A stretch of DNA of 64,000 bases from Anaeromyxobacteraceae bacterium (lineage in GTDB: Bacteria; Myxococcota; Myxococcia; Myxococcales; Anaeromyxobacteraceae), in assembly GCA_047602405.1 (NCBI GenBank), contig JASGHJ010000001.1, positions 352,001 through 416,000 on the forward strand, given 5' to 3'. The translations under genes and the position numbers were made by a program. Shown in pieces: positions 61,777-64,000 of this stretch (the stretch's first letter is position 1; the number at the start of each line of letters is the position of its first letter). The notes under the pieces are model-generated. The model made no database searches and had not been told where the DNA came from. It was given only the letters and a program-made list of their open reading frames with translations.

Positions 61777-63202
61777 GCGGGGGTCCGTCCACGAGGACGC
61801 GGGCGGAGGTGGGCGGCAGCTCGAGCGCCACGGTGCGCGCGTCGACGGCCCGCGCCGGCTCCGCGCGCTCCGCCAGCGCGTCGAAGGCCGGCGCCGGGCC
61901 CGGCGCGCCGGGGATCTCGAGCTCGACCCGCGCCGGCGCGGGGCCGAAGTTGAGCACCACGAGCGCCCGGCCGGCCTCGCCCGCGTCCCGCTGGAACGCG
62001 AAGACCGCCTCGCTCGGCGCCCCGCCCTCGGTCACCCGCGCCCGGCGGTAGAGCCCGTCGCGCAGCGCCGGGAGCTGCTCGCGCAGCGCGGCCAGCCGCC
62101 GGTAGAGCGGCCTCAGGCCCGAGGGATCCCGCCCGTCGAGCGGCGCCGGATCGGCGTAGGGCTCGTAGGCCGCGCCGGTCTCCTCGCCCGTGAAGACGAG
62201 CGGCAGGCCGGGCAGCGTGTGCTCGAGCACCGCCGCGACGCGGGTGAGCGCGGGGCCGTGCCGGGTCACGAAGCGCGCCCCGGTGTCGTTGTTGCCGAGG
62301 AAGCGGAGGACCCGGTCCATCGGCGTCGCGCGCGCGGCGAGCGCCGCGTCGAGCGCGGGCGCCACCCGGCGGGGATCGTCGAACGCGTGCTCCCAGGCCC
62401 CGTGCCCGAGCTCCGCGGTCCAGTCGTAGGCCGCGTCGAAGCCGCTCGCGATCCAGTACGGGTCGCGCGCGCTCGCCTCGGCGAGGAGCAGGAGCCCGGG
62501 CTTCTGGGCGCGCAGGTCCTTCACGAGGGCGGGCCAGAAGTCGGCGGCGCGGTCCTTCACCGCCCAGGCCGCGTCGAAGCGGAAGCCGTCCACGTCGTAG
62601 TCGCGCACCCACAGCGCGCAGGCATCGGAGACCATCCGGCGCACGGCCGGGTTCGCGTAGTCGAGCCGACGCAGGTGCTTCCAGTCGAAGTCGTAGCGCG
62701 CCTCGCCGTCCGGCCCGCGCTCGTAGAACGCCCACCAGGGCGACGCCCGGCCGCGCGCCTCGGCGTCCCGGTAGAAGGGGTGGCCGGTCGAGGTGTGGCT
62801 CGCGACGAGGTCGAGCACGACGCGCATGCGACGGGCGTGCGCCTCGCGGACGAGCGCGCGGAGCTCCGCGGGCGTGCCGTAGTCGGGCCGCAGCGCGAAG
62901 AGGTCGGTGACCGCGTAGCTGATGGCGCCCGGGTCGTCGGTGGCGGTGACCGGCGCGAGCCAGAGCACGTCGACGCCGAGGTCGGCGAGGGCGTCGAGGT
63001 GCGCGGTCACCGCCGCGAGCGGGCTCTCCCCGGGCCGGGAGACGAGGAGCGGCGGGACGACCCCGTACACGACCGCGCCGCGGTGCCACGCCGCCGCCGG
63101 GACCGGATCGGCCACCCGCGGCGCCGGGGGAGGCGGCGGGCGGGCGCAGGCCAGGAGGGCGGCCAGGCCCAGGACCCGTGCGAGGGTGGGAGGGAGCGGC
63201 AC
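61544..63202 (-). CDS. GH13 alpha-amylase family lipoprotein; 3' end overlaps the transketolase gene
   Basis: Lipobox LLAC; LGVDVLWLAP, VDGFRFDAA, LLAEA, FLGNND, PGLPLVFTGEE, VVLNF. Confidence 0.88.
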   Translation of the reverse strand: MPLPPTLARVLGLAALLACARPPPPPAPRVADPVPAAAWHRGAVVYGVVPPLLVSRPGESPLAAVTAHLDALADLGVDVLWLAPVTATDDPGAISYAVTDLFALRPDYGTPAELRALVREAHARRMRVVLDLVASHTSTGHPFYRDAEARGRASPWWAFYERGPDGEARYDFDWKHLRRLDYANPAVRRMVSDACALWVRDYDVDGFRFDAAWAVKDRAADFWPALVKDLRAQKPGLLLLAEASARDPYWIASGFDAAYDWTAELGHGAWEHAFDDPRRVAPALDAALAARATPMDRVLRFLGNNDTGARFVTRHGPALTRVAAVLEHTLPGLPLVFTGEETGAAYEPYADPAPLDGRDPSGLRPLYRRLAALREQLPALRDGLYRRARVTEGGAPSEAVFAFQRDAGEAGRALVVLNFGPAPARVELEIPGAPGPAPAFDALAERAEPARAVDARTVALELPPTSARVLVDGPPLTPGVGRWRAPPRAGVEGLPATPRTRAPAGPGSPRRAPPRAAPRPRARSRGSARAGTGAWCGRAPRSSGSSATSSAA

Positions 63203-63293
63203 GCGGTCACAACCTCTCGCTGCCGGCGCCTCTTCCCCCGTGACCCGCGGAGGTCGTCCGTCCTACGCTGGTCACCCCACGGAGGTCCACGCC

Positions 63294-64000
63294 ATGACGC
63301 CCGCGCTCCTGCCGCTCGCTGCGCTGCTCGCCCTCAACGCCGCCGCCTCCGAGGCTCCCTCCGAGGCCCCCGCCGCGCCCTCCCCGGTGCCCGCTCCTGC
63401 GGCCACCCCCGCCGCCGAGCCGCAGGGCGCCCCCGCGCTCGTCGTCCTGAAGGACGGCCAGCAGCTCCGCGGCCGGCTGGTCGCGCAGGACGCCGCCGGC
63501 GCCACGCTCGAGCTGGCCGGCGGCTCGCGGGTGGTCGTCCCCGCCGCCTCGAATCGAGCGGATCGAGCTCGCGAGGCCTGGCCAGGCGGAGGCGCGCTCC
63601 CGCGACCCGAACCGCACCCGCTACCTCTACTCTCCCTCCGGCTTCATGCTCCGGCAGGGCGAGGGCTACGTCTCGCAGACCGAGCTCCTCTTCACCTCCG
63701 TCGCCTACGGCGTGACGGACCACGTGACCATCGGGCTCGGGACGGCGATCCCCGCGCTGTTCGTGGAGGACGGCTTCAACCTCCTCGGCACGCTGAAGGC
63801 CGGGCTCGACGTGAACGAGCACGTCCACGTCGCGGTGGGCGGCCAGACCCTGTGGCTGCCGGGCCTCGACGCGGGGACCACCGGGGGCGTGCTCTTCGGC
63901 GCGCTCACGCTCGGCACCCCCGACCTCCACCTCGGCGTCGCCGCCGGGCCGCTGTTCGTCACGGGGAACGAGGCGAACGACTTCGGCGACGTGCTCATGA
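63294..64000 (+). CDS. Secreted hypothetical protein, probable outer-membrane beta-barrel; 3'-truncated; one-base insertion at about 63552
   Basis: GGAGG RBS; signal MTPALLPLAALLALNAAA; VVLKDGQQLRGRL. Removing one A in GAATC (63551-63555) gives SIERIE...DPNRTRYLYSPSGFMLRQGEGY, open to the window end. Confidence 0.7.
   Translation, partial: MTPALLPLAALLALNAAASEAPSEAPAAPSPVPAPAATPAAEPQGAPALVVLKDGQQLRGRLVAQDAAGATLELAGGSRVVVPAASNRADRAREAWPGGGALPRPEPHPLPLLSLRLHAPAGRGLRLADRAPLHLRRLRRDGPRDHRARDGDPRAVRGGRLQPPRHAEGRARRERARPRRGGRPDPVAAGPRRGDHRGRALRRAHARHPRPPPRRRRRAAVRHGERGERLRRRAH

Overview
Very GC-rich, gene-dense chromosomal window. Gene content suggests a Myxococcota bacterium, probably Anaeromyxobacter-like (inference from a MYXO-CTERM-like motif, an ftp-like type III PKS operon and a DUF222-like HNH gene). 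About 39 genuine CDSs are supported; most other long ORFs in the track are GC-rich shadow frames. No rRNA, tRNA, CRISPR array or transposase was seen. Main content: a 5'-truncated >2900-aa repetitive surface protein with a FlgO/CsgG-like partner, ArsR-SRPBCC, PAP2, HNH nuclease, GH31, large NAD-glutamate dehydrogenase, a type III PKS-ACP-FAAL-oxidoreductase operon, clpB, a PAS hybrid kinase, RND efflux, cysK, M28 and S9 peptidases, an MMPL/MlaC-like pair, CheW with an inserted CZB domain, an aminotransferase plus divergent transketolase, and GH13. The best candidate for a new system is 49676-54942(-): one ORF joining a TraA-like Cys-rich adhesin, an internal MYXO-CTERM-like tag, a second signal peptide and a TraB-like beta-barrel/OmpA module, possibly a processed polyprotein. 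At least six genes carry single-base frameshifts. Four or five fall inside GATC sites, which points to methylation-linked long-read errors rather than pseudogenes. Five genes show a TANNNT-N6-start leaderless layout.
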